In this document: one piece after another, positions 47,977-57,401 of the stretch
Layout: each line of letters begins with the position of its first letter
How positions within the stretch are numbered: the stretch's first letter is position 1
From: Gemmatimonadota bacterium
GTDB taxonomy: Bacteria; Latescibacterota; UBA2968; UBA8231
Length of the DNA stretch: 64,000 bases
Assembly: GCA_038153405.1 (NCBI GenBank)
Contig: JAYOYH010000001.1
Span: forward strand, 160,156 to 224,155
Reading direction: 5' to 3'
Made by a program: the position numbers and the translations under genes
Notes under the pieces: generated by a model
Told to the model about the DNA's origin: nothing
Seen by the model: only the letters and a program-made list of their open reading frames with translations
Databases searched by the model: none

Positions 47977-49152
47977 ATGAGTGAGAGGCGAGCAACGGCC
48001 ATTGTAGTCGCAGGCGGCAAGGGCGTGCGCATGGGCGGCGATCTACCCAAGCAGTATATGCAGCTGCGCGGTCGGCCGGTTATGTGGCATACACTAATGT
48101 GCTTTGAGCGCGCAGAAAGCATCGCGTCGATTGTCGTCGTCGTGCGCGCAGAGGATCTACAGTACTGCCATCAAGAAGTGCTGGGCGACGGTCTTTTTTG
48201 CAAGGTGCGCGCCGTGGTGGCTGGCGGTGCCGAGCGCGCAGATTCCGTCCGCGCCGGGCTCGAGGCAACGGAGTCCAGCGATGAGATTATACTGGTGCAC
48301 GACGCCGTGCGGCCTTTTGTCTCTGCCGAGTTGATCGGGCGCGTGGTCGCTGCGGCCGCTCAGTGGGGAGCGGCGCTGCCGTGCCTACCCGTGAAAGAGA
48401 CCATCAAAGTCGTCGACGGCAAATGGGTTCGCTCGACGCCTCAGCGCCAGACGCTGCAGGGCGCGCAAACGCCTCAGGGTTTTCGCCGCGATATACTGTC
48501 GAGAGCCCATGCCGCCGATCGAGTACCCGAGGCGACGGACGATGCCATGTTGGTCGAAGATCTCGGGCTGCCGGTGCGCGTCGTCGCCGGCGAAGAGGTC
48601 AACCGAAAGCTAACTACGCCCGCCGATTGGGCATGGGCACAGCATCATCTAGCGGAGGAAGAGCATATGGCCAAAGTGGAGATGCGCGTGGGGCAGGGAT
48701 ACGATGTGCACCGTTTGGGACCGGACCGCAGGCTAGTTTTGGGCGGGGTAGAGGTGCCATTTCACTTAGGACTCGAGGGGCATTCGGATGCCGATGTGTT
48801 GACACACGCAATTATCGACGCGCTAGTCGGAGCCATTGGCGAGGGCGACATTGGGCGCCTCTTCCCAGACGACGATGCGCAATACGAGAATATTTCGAGC
48901 CTGATTCTTTTGCAGCGCGTCGGTGCTCTACTGGCTCAACGCGGGGCCGAGATCGTCAATGTCGATGCCGTGGTTATGGCGCAGCGACCCAAACTAGCGC
49001 CTCATATCGATGCGATGCGAGCAGCCCTGGCGGAAGTGCTGGGCGTTGAATTGGCCACTGTTTCGATCAAGGCGACGACGACGGAGCGCCTGGGCTTTGT
49101 CGGGCGCGAAGAGGGCATGGCGGCGCAGGCCGTTGCGCTGGTGCGACTGTAG
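47977..49152 (+). CDS. ispDF: Bifunctional IspD/IspF
   Basis: AGGKGVRMG..PKQY, HDAVRP, QTPQGF, TDDA; then GQGYDVH, GHSDADV, KATTTERLGF. Confidence 0.96.
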   Translation: MSERRATAIVVAGGKGVRMGGDLPKQYMQLRGRPVMWHTLMCFERAESIASIVVVVRAEDLQYCHQEVLGDGLFCKVRAVVAGGAERADSVRAGLEATESSDEIILVHDAVRPFVSAELIGRVVAAAAQWGAALPCLPVKETIKVVDGKWVRSTPQRQTLQGAQTPQGFRRDILSRAHAADRVPEATDDAMLVEDLGLPVRVVAGEEVNRKLTTPADWAWAQHHLAEEEHMAKVEMRVGQGYDVHRLGPDRRLVLGGVEVPFHLGLEGHSDADVLTHAIIDALVGAIGEGDIGRLFPDDDAQYENISSLILLQRVGALLAQRGAEIVNVDAVVMAQRPKLAPHIDAMRAALAEVLGVELATVSIKATTTERLGFVGREEGMAAQAVALVRL

Positions 49153-49156
49153 GGCG

Positions 49157-49765
49157 ATGGAAGAATTTGTCCAGCAGCATATTATCGAGCGCTTGGAAGG
49201 CATGGATGCGCAGTGGGCCTACGGCTTGCTCTTCCTCAGTGCCATTATGGAAAATATCGCGCCCCCGGTGCCCGGCGATACCGTCGTGGTGTTTAGCGCG
49301 TATTTGGTCGGCCGCGGCGTTTGGAGCTTTTGGCCCGTTTTTTTTGCAACGGTAGGCGGAGGTATTGCGGGTTTTATGGCGATGTTTTTTCTCGGCGCGC
49401 GCTATGGCCGTGCGCTGTTTAGCGGTCGGCACGGGCGCATATTCTCTGCCGAGGGGCTCGACAGAGCTGAGCAGTGGCTCGCGCGCTATGGTATCTGGCT
49501 TATCTTGGGCAATCGATTTCTGTCGGGCGTTCGCTCGGTGATCGCCATTGCGGCCGGCATCGGCGGCATGGGGCCAGTGCGCGTAGCGCTTGGCGGCGCG
49601 CTGAGTATGGTCGTGTGGAACGGACTTTTGCTGTATGTGGGTATGCTGCTCGGGCAAAACTGGTCCGAAGTGGGCGAGATGCTGAAACAGTATAATCGCG
49701 TCTTGCTGGCTGTCGCCGCCGTTGGTATTCTGTTGTTTATAGGCCGTAGATGGACAAAGACTTGA
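49157..49765 (+). CDS. DedA family membrane protein
   Basis: ENIAPPVPGD, RYG, NRFLSGVR, AG...M. Confidence 0.9.
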   Translation: MEEFVQQHIIERLEGMDAQWAYGLLFLSAIMENIAPPVPGDTVVVFSAYLVGRGVWSFWPVFFATVGGGIAGFMAMFFLGARYGRALFSGRHGRIFSAEGLDRAEQWLARYGIWLILGNRFLSGVRSVIAIAAGIGGMGPVRVALGGALSMVVWNGLLLYVGMLLGQNWSEVGEMLKQYNRVLLAVAAVGILLFIGRRWTKT

Positions 49766-49859
49766 CAACCCGAATCAGCGCCTTTAATTTTAACGTCTTA
49801 TTCAATATATGCATTTGTTCGTGCGGCCGTGTGCTGCGCGTTTTTGCGGAATGGACAGC

Positions 49860-50297
49860 ATGAGCAACAAAACCTTTAGCCCCAAAGCTGGCGACATAGA
49901 GCATCAGTGGCACATCGTCGATGCCACGGACAAGGTTCTCGGACGTCTGGCCTCGCAGATTGCCCAGGTGTTGAAGGGCAAGCACAAGCCGACCTATGCG
50001 CCTCATATGGACATGGGCGATCACATTGTCGTCGTCAATATCGACAAGGTGCGCGTTACGGGATCGAAGGCCGATAAGAAGGTCTACCATCGGCATACCG
50101 GCTATCCGGGCGGGTTGCGCACGACGACCTACGAGCGCATGATGGAAGAACATCCCGATCGCATTCTCAAAAAGGCCGTATGGGGCATGTTGCCCAACAA
50201 TCGCCTGGGGCGTCAGCTCTTGAAGAAGCTGCGCGTCTACTCCGGCCCCGAGCATCGGCACGAGGCCCAGCAGCCCCAGCCGTTGGAAATACACTAA
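49860..50297 (+). CDS. rplM: 50S ribosomal protein L13
   Basis: WHIVDA..LGRLAS...GKHKPTYAPHMDMGD, HTGYPGG; TTGACA promoter at 49762. Confidence 0.98.
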   Translation: MSNKTFSPKAGDIEHQWHIVDATDKVLGRLASQIAQVLKGKHKPTYAPHMDMGDHIVVVNIDKVRVTGSKADKKVYHRHTGYPGGLRTTTYERMMEEHPDRILKKAVWGMLPNNRLGRQLLKKLRVYSGPEHRHEAQQPQPLEIH

Positions 50298-50334
50298 ACG
50301 AATCGCTTGACTGCCAACGAGAGGTAGAGCATTA

Positions 50335-50727
50335 ATGCCTGGAGAAAGCTACGAAGCCACTGGACGTCGCAAGACGTCGGTCGCCCGCGTATGGTTGCGC
50401 CCCGGATCGGGAAATATCGTGATGAACGGGCGTCCCGTGAACGATTACCTGCGCAGGGGCGCGCTGGAAATGATTCTGGTCCAGCCGCTCGATCTGACCG
50501 AGACGCGCGAACAATTTGACGTCCACATTTCGACGCGCGGTGGCGGTTTGCGCGGACAGGCTGGAGCGGCTTGTCTGGGTATCGCGCGCGCGCTGATCAA
50601 GTTCAACCCCGAAATGCGCACTTCGCTGAAAAAGGCGGGCTTTCTAACCCGCGACGCACGCGAGAAAGAGCGCAAGAAGTACGGCTTGGCCGGTGCGCGC
50701 AAGCGCTTTCAGTTTTCCAAGCGCTAG
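50335..50727 (+). CDS. rpsI: 30S ribosomal protein S9
   Basis: [12 protein letters not shown]...[19 protein letters not shown]. Confidence 0.98.
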   Translation: MPGESYEATGRRKTSVARVWLRPGSGNIVMNGRPVNDYLRRGALEMILVQPLDLTETREQFDVHISTRGGGLRGQAGAACLGIARALIKFNPEMRTSLKKAGFLTRDAREKERKKYGLAGARKRFQFSKR

Positions 50728-50744
50728 CAGTAGTGCTGTAAATT

Positions 50745-50831
50745 CGCACGCCCTCAGATGTAAGCAGAAGTGTGCCCGCGGGCGTTGCCTGCGGGTATTC
50801 TGCTTATAGGTGAAGAGGGCGGAGGCTCAAC
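50745..50831 (+). ncRNA. rpsB (S2) autoregulatory leader, t44-like
   Basis: CGCCCTC/GAGGGCG closing stem, inner TAAGCAGAA/TTCTGCTTA and TGCCCGCGGGC/GCCTGCGGGTA stems, followed by GGAGGCTCAAC, just upstream of rpsB. Confidence 0.7.
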
Positions 50832-50850
50832 ATAACATAGGAGTTAACCC

Positions 50851-51615
50851 ATGGCAGAGATCAATATTCGCGATCTGCTCGAAGCCGGCACCCATTTTGG
50901 GCACCAGACCCGCCGTTGGAATCCGAAAATGCGCCCGTTTATTTTCACCGAGCGCAACAAGATCCACATTATCGACCTGCAGAAGACCGTTGGCAAGATC
51001 GAAGAAGCATGCCAGGTCGTGCGCGAGACGGCCCGCGCCGGCAAGTCGATTCTCTTTGTCGGCACGAAAAAACAGGCAGCCGATATCGTGCGCCAAGAAG
51101 CCGAGCGCTGCGAGCAGTTTTACGTCACCGATCGCTGGTTGGGCGGCATGCTGACTAACTGGCCGACCATTCGCCAGAGCATTCGCCACCTCGACCACCT
51201 GGACCGAATCGCTACCGACGGCACCTACGACAAGCTCAAAAAGAAGGAAGTGCTGCTGCTGGAAAAGGAGCGCGCCCGCCTAGTGCGCACGCTGACGGGT
51301 ATTCGCAATATGGGCGGCATTCCCGGTCTGGTCGTCATCGTAGATATTCGCAAAGAGCACATCGCCGTGCGCGAGGCGACGAAGCTTTCCATTCCTGCCG
51401 TCGCCATCGTCGATACCAACTGCGACCCGGGCTTGGTCGACTATCCGATTCCCGGCAACGACGATGCCATTCGTTCCATTGGCCTGATTGCCCAATATCT
51501 GGCCGATGCCGTTATCGAAGGACGGGCAGAGGCCGCCGCGGCCAAGGGCGAAGATAAGGGCGAAGCCGTCGGGGCTGCCGCTCAAGTGGTGGAAAAAACC
51601 GAATCCGCACAGTAG
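50851..51615 (+). CDS. rpsB: 30S ribosomal protein S2
   Basis: LLEAGTHFGHQTRRWNPKM, RWLGGMLTN, DTNCDP, PGNDDAIRS. Confidence 0.98.
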   Translation: MAEINIRDLLEAGTHFGHQTRRWNPKMRPFIFTERNKIHIIDLQKTVGKIEEACQVVRETARAGKSILFVGTKKQAADIVRQEAERCEQFYVTDRWLGGMLTNWPTIRQSIRHLDHLDRIATDGTYDKLKKKEVLLLEKERARLVRTLTGIRNMGGIPGLVVIVDIRKEHIAVREATKLSIPAVAIVDTNCDPGLVDYPIPGNDDAIRSIGLIAQYLADAVIEGRAEAAAAKGEDKGEAVGAAAQVVEKTESAQ

Positions 51616-51670
51616 GTGTGCGCAGAGAACAATCGAAAAAATTCATACCCAAATAGCAGAGTAGAATCAA

Positions 51671-52270
51671 ATGGCAGAAATATCGGCAAAAGCAGTAATG
51701 CAGCTCCGCAAGCAGACGGGGTTGGGCATGATGGACTGCAAGAAGGCCTTGCAAGAAACCGAGGGCGACGTCGACAAAGCGGTTGAGTACTTGCGCAAGC
51801 AAGGGATGGCCGCTGTCGAAAAACGCGCAGGTCGCGATGCGACCGATGGGCTCATCGTCTCCTATATTCATCCGGGTAGCCGTCTCGGCGTGCTGGTAGA
51901 AGTCAACTGCGAGACGGACTTTGTCGCGCGCACCGATGATTTCCAGCAATTTGCCCGCGACGTGGCCATGCACATAGCTGCTGCCCAGCCAATGGCTGTG
52001 GATCGCGATGGTATTGATGCACAGGTATTGGATAAGGAGCGGGTTATCTACCTCGAGCAGGCCAAAAACGAGGGCAAGCCGGAGAATATAGCCGAGAAAA
52101 TAGTTCAGGGGCGCGTGGAGAAGTTCTTCCAGGAAAATTGCTTGATGGAACAGCCGTTTGTGAAGAATCCCGACCAGACGATTGATGAGATGATCGTCGA
52201 GCTAACGGCGAAGATCGGCGAGAAAATAGGCGTGCGCCGCTTTGCCAGCTTCCGTTTAGGTGAAGAGTAG
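51671..52270 (+). CDS. tsf: Elongation factor Ts (short form)
   Basis: LRKQTGLGMMDCKKAL, EVNCETDFVA; 199 aa. Confidence 0.97.
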   Translation: MAEISAKAVMQLRKQTGLGMMDCKKALQETEGDVDKAVEYLRKQGMAAVEKRAGRDATDGLIVSYIHPGSRLGVLVEVNCETDFVARTDDFQQFARDVAMHIAAAQPMAVDRDGIDAQVLDKERVIYLEQAKNEGKPENIAEKIVQGRVEKFFQENCLMEQPFVKNPDQTIDEMIVELTAKIGEKIGVRRFASFRLGEE

Positions 52271-52310
52271 CGCACGGCAATAACGCGCAGCGCAAGCGGG
52301 GGTAGACATC

Positions 52311-52871
52311 ATGTTAGATGAAGTGATTGAGGATGTGAAGGGCCATATGAACAGCGCGATTGAAGCGCTGCGCCGAGACTTGGCGGGCATCCGCACGGGG
52401 CGGGCATCGACGGCCATGTTAGAGCATTTGAAAGTCGCCTACTACGGCAACCTATCGCCGATTAACCAGGTGGCTACACTCAGTGTTCCCGAGCCCAGGC
52501 TGATTGTGATAAAGCCGTGGGAAGCCAATCTGATCCCAGAGATCGAAAAGGCAATCCGCGCCGAAAAGAGCCTCGGTCTCAATCCCGCCAATGACGGCGC
52601 GATCATTCGCTTGCCGATTCCCGAACTGACGGAGGAGCGGCGGCGCGACTTTACCAAGGTTGCGCGTCAGCGCGGCGAAGACGCGCGCGTTGCAGTGCGC
52701 CACGCCCGCCGCGACGGCAACGATATGCTGCAGGAAGCGCAGAAGGACGGCGAGATTTCAGAGGATGACTCGCGCCATGGTCAGGATCAGGTGCAAAAAC
52801 TGACGGATGAGTTCATTGCCCGCATAGACGAGATTGTCAAGAACAAAGAAGCTGAGATTATGGAAGTGTAG
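52311..52871 (+). CDS. frr: Ribosome recycling factor
   Basis: IRTGRAS, PELTEERRRD, KEAEIMEV. Confidence 0.97.
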   Translation: MLDEVIEDVKGHMNSAIEALRRDLAGIRTGRASTAMLEHLKVAYYGNLSPINQVATLSVPEPRLIVIKPWEANLIPEIEKAIRAEKSLGLNPANDGAIIRLPIPELTEERRRDFTKVARQRGEDARVAVRHARRDGNDMLQEAQKDGEISEDDSRHGQDQVQKLTDEFIARIDEIVKNKEAEIMEV

Positions 52872-52894
52872 ATCGGCGCAGTTCAAGCGGTCCA

Positions 52895-52928
52895 AAGCGG
52901 TCTATTTCTCTCGCGAGATAGGCCGCTT
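52895..52928. terminator. Hairpin between convergent frr and the downstream ORF
   Basis: AAGCGGTCTATTTC-TCTCGC-GAGATAGGCCGCTT followed by T-rich sequence. Confidence 0.7.
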
Positions 52929-53422
52929 TACCTTTTTTTACCCGCGTTGAGCCGGTTTATTTTATCGAGCAACTGGTTTTCTATCTGGCCGCGATTGTTC
53001 TGTATGGATTGGGGTGGTGGTTCGTCTTTGGCCGCTGGCGGGCGGGGAGATCCTTCTTTGGTCGCCGGTGACAGGGTTTCGGATGCGGCGATCTCCTCGC
53101 GGTATAAGTCGATCTTATAGGCCTGCAAATGGGCTAGGTCTGCGTAGTTGAGCAGATGAGCCTGCCGCTCTACCAACGCGACATTCAGGCCGTCTAGGGC
53201 CTCTTCGGCGCGCTGTTGCAGGGTTGCCACGCGTTTGGCATCAACGGCTTGTAGGGCGGCGGACTGCCGCGCGATTTCTTCGTCGATGAGATGGCGCCTG
53301 CCGTTGAGCAGGCGCAGCTGTGTGGTCGCCTCTTTGTTGCGCCTGTGTACCCAGATGAGGACCAACGAGGTCAGGGCAGTCAAAGCGGAGAGCGAGACAA
53401 TCAGATAGATGGTGCTCATCAT
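52928..53422 (-). CDS. Hypothetical N-terminally anchored coiled-coil protein
   Basis: Hydrophobic N-terminal TM followed by heptad-rich helices. Confidence 0.7.
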   Translation of the reverse strand: MMSTIYLIVSLSALTALTSLVLIWVHRRNKEATTQLRLLNGRRHLIDEEIARQSAALQAVDAKRVATLQQRAEEALDGLNVALVERQAHLLNYADLAHLQAYKIDLYREEIAASETLSPATKEGSPRPPAAKDEPPPQSIQNNRGQIENQLLDKINRLNAGKKR

Positions 53423-53515
53423 CGGCGCAAGGCTTGTAATAGGGGTGGGATGTCTGTTAATTTATCACTGGGCAACGAGGTTGGCAAACGCATTGTTTGC
53501 CGCGTTTAAATAGGG

Positions 53516-54172
53516 ATGGAAAGCAATATGTCCGATGGGCGTGATGCGAACGACTCCATAGAAGACCTGCGCGCCGAAGTTGTGCGTCTGCAGCAAGAAA
53601 ACGAAAAGCTCCGCGCCAGCAATCGACGGTGGATGCGCATTGCGGGTACAGATGATCTGACGGGATTGCCCAACAAGGTGTACTTCTCATCGGCGATTTT
53701 ACCCCAGCTTATAAGCCAGGCGAAAGCCGGCAGTGAGAATTTTGTATGCATTATAATAACTCCAGATAAGCTCGGAGAGATCAACCAGAACTACGGGCGG
53801 GCCGCCGGCGATCAAATCGTTTGCGATATGGCGAAATTTTTGAAAGAGCACGTGGGAAAAGATGAGAAGATTATCCACAGTGATGGCGCCAATTTTATCT
53901 TGCTCATACCTAACGGCGGCGAGGAAGCCTGCAAGCGGCGCACGCGCCAAATTCGAGCGCGCATCGTTTCGCGCCAGTTTGAATGCGGAAGCAGTTCGGT
54001 CAGCTTGACCTTGAGTATGGGAACCGTAATAGTCGAGCCCAGCACCATAGGCGAGGCGATGCAGGCCAAGGACGTTGCCGACCAAATAATGACCCAACTA
54101 AGCGCTGCGCTGGATCAGGCAAAAAAGGCCGGCGGCGATCAGATCATAGACGGCGAAACGGTGCACTGCTGA
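53516..54172 (+). CDS. Coiled-coil + degenerate GGDEF-domain protein
   Basis: TDDLTGLPN, INQNYG.AAGD, SLTLSMG, AL..AK..G; the signature position reads DGANF. Confidence 0.85.
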   Translation: MESNMSDGRDANDSIEDLRAEVVRLQQENEKLRASNRRWMRIAGTDDLTGLPNKVYFSSAILPQLISQAKAGSENFVCIIITPDKLGEINQNYGRAAGDQIVCDMAKFLKEHVGKDEKIIHSDGANFILLIPNGGEEACKRRTRQIRARIVSRQFECGSSSVSLTLSMGTVIVEPSTIGEAMQAKDVADQIMTQLSAALDQAKKAGGDQIIDGETVHC

Positions 54173-54199
54173 CGTGTTAGATGTGCGTACAAAGGGCCG

Positions 54200-55075
54200 T
54201 TGATGCTCTCTTCGCTCGTACTTTCGACGCGCCCTCGCCAGTGGGTTAAGAATGTCTTCGTCTTTCCTGCGCTTCTATTCTCCCAACACCTCTTTGATGC
54301 AGAATACGTGGCGCGCAGCGCGCTGGCAGCGCTGTGCTTCTGCTTGCTGAGTGGAGCAGTCTACTTGTTTAACGACGTGCTCGACCGAGAGCGCGATCGC
54401 CTGCATCCAACGAAGAGCAAACGCCCCATTGCCTCTGGTCGCCTGCCGGTGTCGTTGGCATTGGCTTCGTCATGCTTTCTCGGCGCCATCGGCATCGGCG
54501 CTAGTTTTGTTCTGCACGTCGATTTTGGCTGGGTCGCACTGACCTATGCGCTGATGAATCTGGCCTACTCGCTGCACCTAAAGCACGTTGTTCTCTTGGA
54601 TGTGCTTATCGTGGCCGCAGGTTTTCTCCTGCGCGCCCTAGGTGGGGCGCTGGCTATCCAAGTCTATATATCGACTTGGTTTGTGCTCTGCACATTCATG
54701 TTGGCGCTCTTTTTAGCGTTGGTTAAGCGCCGTCAAGAACTGGTCGTCCTCGATGAAAGGGCGGGTCAGCATCGGGCCATTCTCGAGGAATATAGCCTGC
54801 CCTTCCTCGATCAGATCATATCCGTGTTGACCGCATCGACCTTGGTGTGTTACGCGCTGTACGCGATGGGCGTCGGCGACGAGACGGGGATGGGAGCGCG
54901 GATGCAGTGGACCATTCCGTTTGTGCTGTATGGCGTGCTGCGCTACCTCTACGTCGTCTATCACCAGGGCCAGGGGGAAAATCCCACCACTGTGGTCTGG
55001 AGCGATCGGCCGCTACAGTTCTGTGGCGTACTGTGGATCCTCGCTTCGGCCTATGGCGTTTATAGCACGCCATAG
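54200..55075 (+). CDS. UbiA-family decaprenyl-phosphate phosphoribosyltransferase-like protein
   Basis: RPRQWVKN, YLFNDVLD.ERDRLHPTK..RPIASG, AYSLHLKH, KRRQEL, GENPT. Confidence 0.9.
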   Translation: MMLSSLVLSTRPRQWVKNVFVFPALLFSQHLFDAEYVARSALAALCFCLLSGAVYLFNDVLDRERDRLHPTKSKRPIASGRLPVSLALASSCFLGAIGIGASFVLHVDFGWVALTYALMNLAYSLHLKHVVLLDVLIVAAGFLLRALGGALAIQVYISTWFVLCTFMLALFLALVKRRQELVVLDERAGQHRAILEEYSLPFLDQIISVLTASTLVCYALYAMGVGDETGMGARMQWTIPFVLYGVLRYLYVVYHQGQGENPTTVVWSDRPLQFCGVLWILASAYGVYSTP

Positions 55076-55303
55076 GTCGCTCTTAGACAGAGCCGTGCAC
55101 CTTGATCCGGCTATCAATCGATTCTTCTGTAATATGCGATGGATTCGCCGTCGCACGCTGCGCAGTGCGAGTTACCACCGGGGCGTGCCGCGGCGGTTGA
55201 CTCCGGAATTGGGGAAGGCGGTCCGGCGTCAGGTGTGTGAAATTGGGTGGCGTGTTTGACGGTGTTGAGCTTATTTTCGGTGGGATGCCGAGTGCAGCGA
55301 GGG

Positions 55304-55344
55304 GAGGTCTGCTAATCCACAGCTTAGCAGACCTCGGGTTTTTT
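55304..55344. terminator. 12-bp hairpin between the ubiA-like gene and convergent tRNA-Ala
   Basis: GAGGTCTGCTAA-TCCACAGC-TTAGCAGACCTC then GGGTTTTTT on + strand. Confidence 0.7.
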
Positions 55345-55419
55345 GGTGGAGCTGGACGGGATCGAACCGACGACCTCAGGCTTGCAAAGCCCGCGCTCTC
55401 CCAACTGAGCTACAGCCCC
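55344..55419 (-). tRNA. tRNA-Ala(TGC)
   Basis: GGGGCTGTAGCTCAGTTGGGAGAGCGCGGGCTTTGCAAGCCTGAGGTCGTCGGTTCGATCCCGTCCAGCTCCACCA; cloverleaf with encoded CCA. Confidence 0.98.
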
Positions 55420-55427
55420 AAACTAAG

Positions 55428-55658
55428 TTATTCGCGTGCGGCTTTTTCGGAGGATTCGTCCTTCTCAAACGTGAGTAGGACGGTGGAGGCAATAAAGAGA
55501 GAGAAAAAGGCAAAGCCGAAAATATCGGCGCGAAACGAATCGTACGCCTCGTGTAGAGCGTCGATGGGAATGGCGTAGCCACCCAAACACACGAGGTAGA
55601 GCACGATGCTTATCAGCTGTACTTTCTCAAGAAACTCTTTGCTCTTTTCCCAGGCCAT
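55428..55658 (-). CDS. Small two-TM membrane protein (76 aa)
   Basis: GGAG RBS; two hydrophobic segments; stop 8 nt before tRNA-Ala. Confidence 0.65.
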   Translation of the reverse strand: MAWEKSKEFLEKVQLISIVLYLVCLGGYAIPIDALHEAYDSFRADIFGFAFFSLFIASTVLLTFEKDESSEKAARE

Positions 55659-55732
55659 GCCGTTCTCCAAACCGCTTTAGTTATAGAAAAATAGAAATAA
55701 TGCGTCCAACCGTCAATTAGAGTGAATGTCCT

Positions 55733-56914
55733 ATGAGCGAAGTTGTAGTCGTCAATGCCGTGCGCACGCCGACCGGGCGTTTCGGCGGTTGTTTCAAAGC
55801 GTTCGGCGCCGTGCCCCTGGCTGCCCGCGTCATTGAGGATGTACTGACTCGAACGGGCATGGATGGATCATCGGTCGATGAAGTTATCATGGGCATGGTG
55901 TACCAGGGCGGGGCGCGCGCTAATCCGGCGCGCCAGGCCGCACTCGCTGCCCAGCTGCCGCATGAGGTGCCGGCTATGACGATCAACAAGTTGTGTGGAT
56001 CAGGACTCAAATCGGTCGGCCTGGCCTGGCAGGCACTGCAGGTGGATGCGGCCGATATCGTCGTAGCCGGTGGCATGGAAAATATGAGCCAGGTGCCCTA
56101 TGTGCTACACGGTGCGCGCTGGGGACAGCGACTTGGCCACGGTCAGATAGAAGATATGATGCTCTTAGACGGGCTTTGGGATTGTTTTTACGATTGTCAT
56201 ATGGGCGTTACCGCAGAGAATTTGGCGGAGCAATACGGCATCGATCGGCAGGCACAGGATGCCTTTGCTATAGAGAGTCAGCAGCGCTGGTCGCGCGCCC
56301 ACGCGGCCGACCTGTTCCGGGACGAACTTACCACAGTGCACGTCGAAGCCAAGGGGGGGACAGTGGCCTGTGTCGTTGACGAGCACCCGCGTCCGGAAAC
56401 TACGGCAGAGCAGTTGGCGACACTAAAACCCGCTTTTAAACGGGATGGCACGGTGACCGCGGGAAATGCGTCGGGTATCAACGATGGTGCTGCTGCGCTA
56501 CTGCTGATGCGCGCGGAGGGCGCGCGGGCAGCGGGCTTGAAACCGCTGGCTTTTGTGCGCGATGTCGTTAGCGTCGGCGTGGATCCCCAAGTGATGGGCA
56601 TCGGCCCGGCTCCGGCCATTCGCAAGCTGCTCGAACGCGCCGGTATGCATCTGGATGCCGTTGGGCGCATTGAGCTCAACGAAGCGTTCGCCGCCCAGAG
56701 CTTGGCCGTCGGCCGCGCGCTGGACTTGGACTGGCAGCGCGTCAATGTAAACGGTGGAGCCATTGCTATGGGGCACGCGGTTGGGGCCAGCGGTGCGCGC
56801 GTGGCGACGACGCTTTTGCACGAGATGGCGCGCAGCGGTCAGCGCTACGGCGTGGCGTCGCTGTGCATCGGCGGGGGCATGGGCATTGCCGCCCTATTTG
56901 AGCGCTGCGAATAA
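55733..56914 (+). CDS. Acetyl-CoA C-acetyltransferase (thiolase)
   Basis: NKLCGSG, NASGINDGAA, ELNEAFA, GHAVGASG, SLCIGGGMG. Confidence 0.96.
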   Translation: MSEVVVVNAVRTPTGRFGGCFKAFGAVPLAARVIEDVLTRTGMDGSSVDEVIMGMVYQGGARANPARQAALAAQLPHEVPAMTINKLCGSGLKSVGLAWQALQVDAADIVVAGGMENMSQVPYVLHGARWGQRLGHGQIEDMMLLDGLWDCFYDCHMGVTAENLAEQYGIDRQAQDAFAIESQQRWSRAHAADLFRDELTTVHVEAKGGTVACVVDEHPRPETTAEQLATLKPAFKRDGTVTAGNASGINDGAAALLLMRAEGARAAGLKPLAFVRDVVSVGVDPQVMGIGPAPAIRKLLERAGMHLDAVGRIELNEAFAAQSLAVGRALDLDWQRVNVNGGAIAMGHAVGASGARVATTLLHEMARSGQRYGVASLCIGGGMGIAALFERCE

Positions 56915-56990
56915 ATGACCGGCGGGCAGTGCGCGGCGCGTCTCGTTCGTCTGCCGACTGCACCGGACCGCCCGCCGAGTCATGGGGGGA

Positions 56991-57401
56991 TCAGGCTGCT
57001 TCCAAGAGCTCGTCTGAGTCGCCTTCGTCAATAGGCGCCTCGTCTGCTGCCGATGCGCTCCTTTCCAGGATCTGCAGGTTGCGCACCTGGATATCGATTT
57101 TCGAGTGGCTTTTTTCCTCTTCGTCGCGCCAGGTTCGGCTTTGCAGTCGCCCGCTGGCGAAGACGGGCGTGCCTTTGTGCAGGCGTTGGGCAAACGACTC
57201 GGCTGCTTTCTGCCACAGTACGATATCGAAGAACGACGTTTCTTCCTGCCACTCGTCGTTGCGATCGCGGTAGGTTCGGTTGACGGCCAGGCGCGCCGTC
57301 AGGCGTGCCGTGCCGCTGTCGCTGAGCGCAAACTCGGGGTCTTGGACGAGGCGTCCGCTGAGGGCGACTTGGTTGATATGGGGCATTTTGAGCAGCGACA
57401 T
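56991..57401 (-). CDS. ssb: Single-stranded DNA-binding protein
   Basis: NQVALSGRLVQDPE, LAVNR.Y....W.EET.F, GRLQSRTW; GGAGG RBS. Confidence 0.93.
   Translation of the reverse strand: MSLLKMPHINQVALSGRLVQDPEFALSDSGTARLTARLAVNRTYRDRNDEWQEETSFFDIVLWQKAAESFAQRLHKGTPVFASGRLQSRTWRDEEEKSHSKIDIQVRNLQILERSASAADEAPIDEGDSDELLEAA

Noticed and set aside
55076..55419. Integrative element at tRNA-Ala
   Set aside because: No integrase and no duplicated tRNA 3' end found in the window
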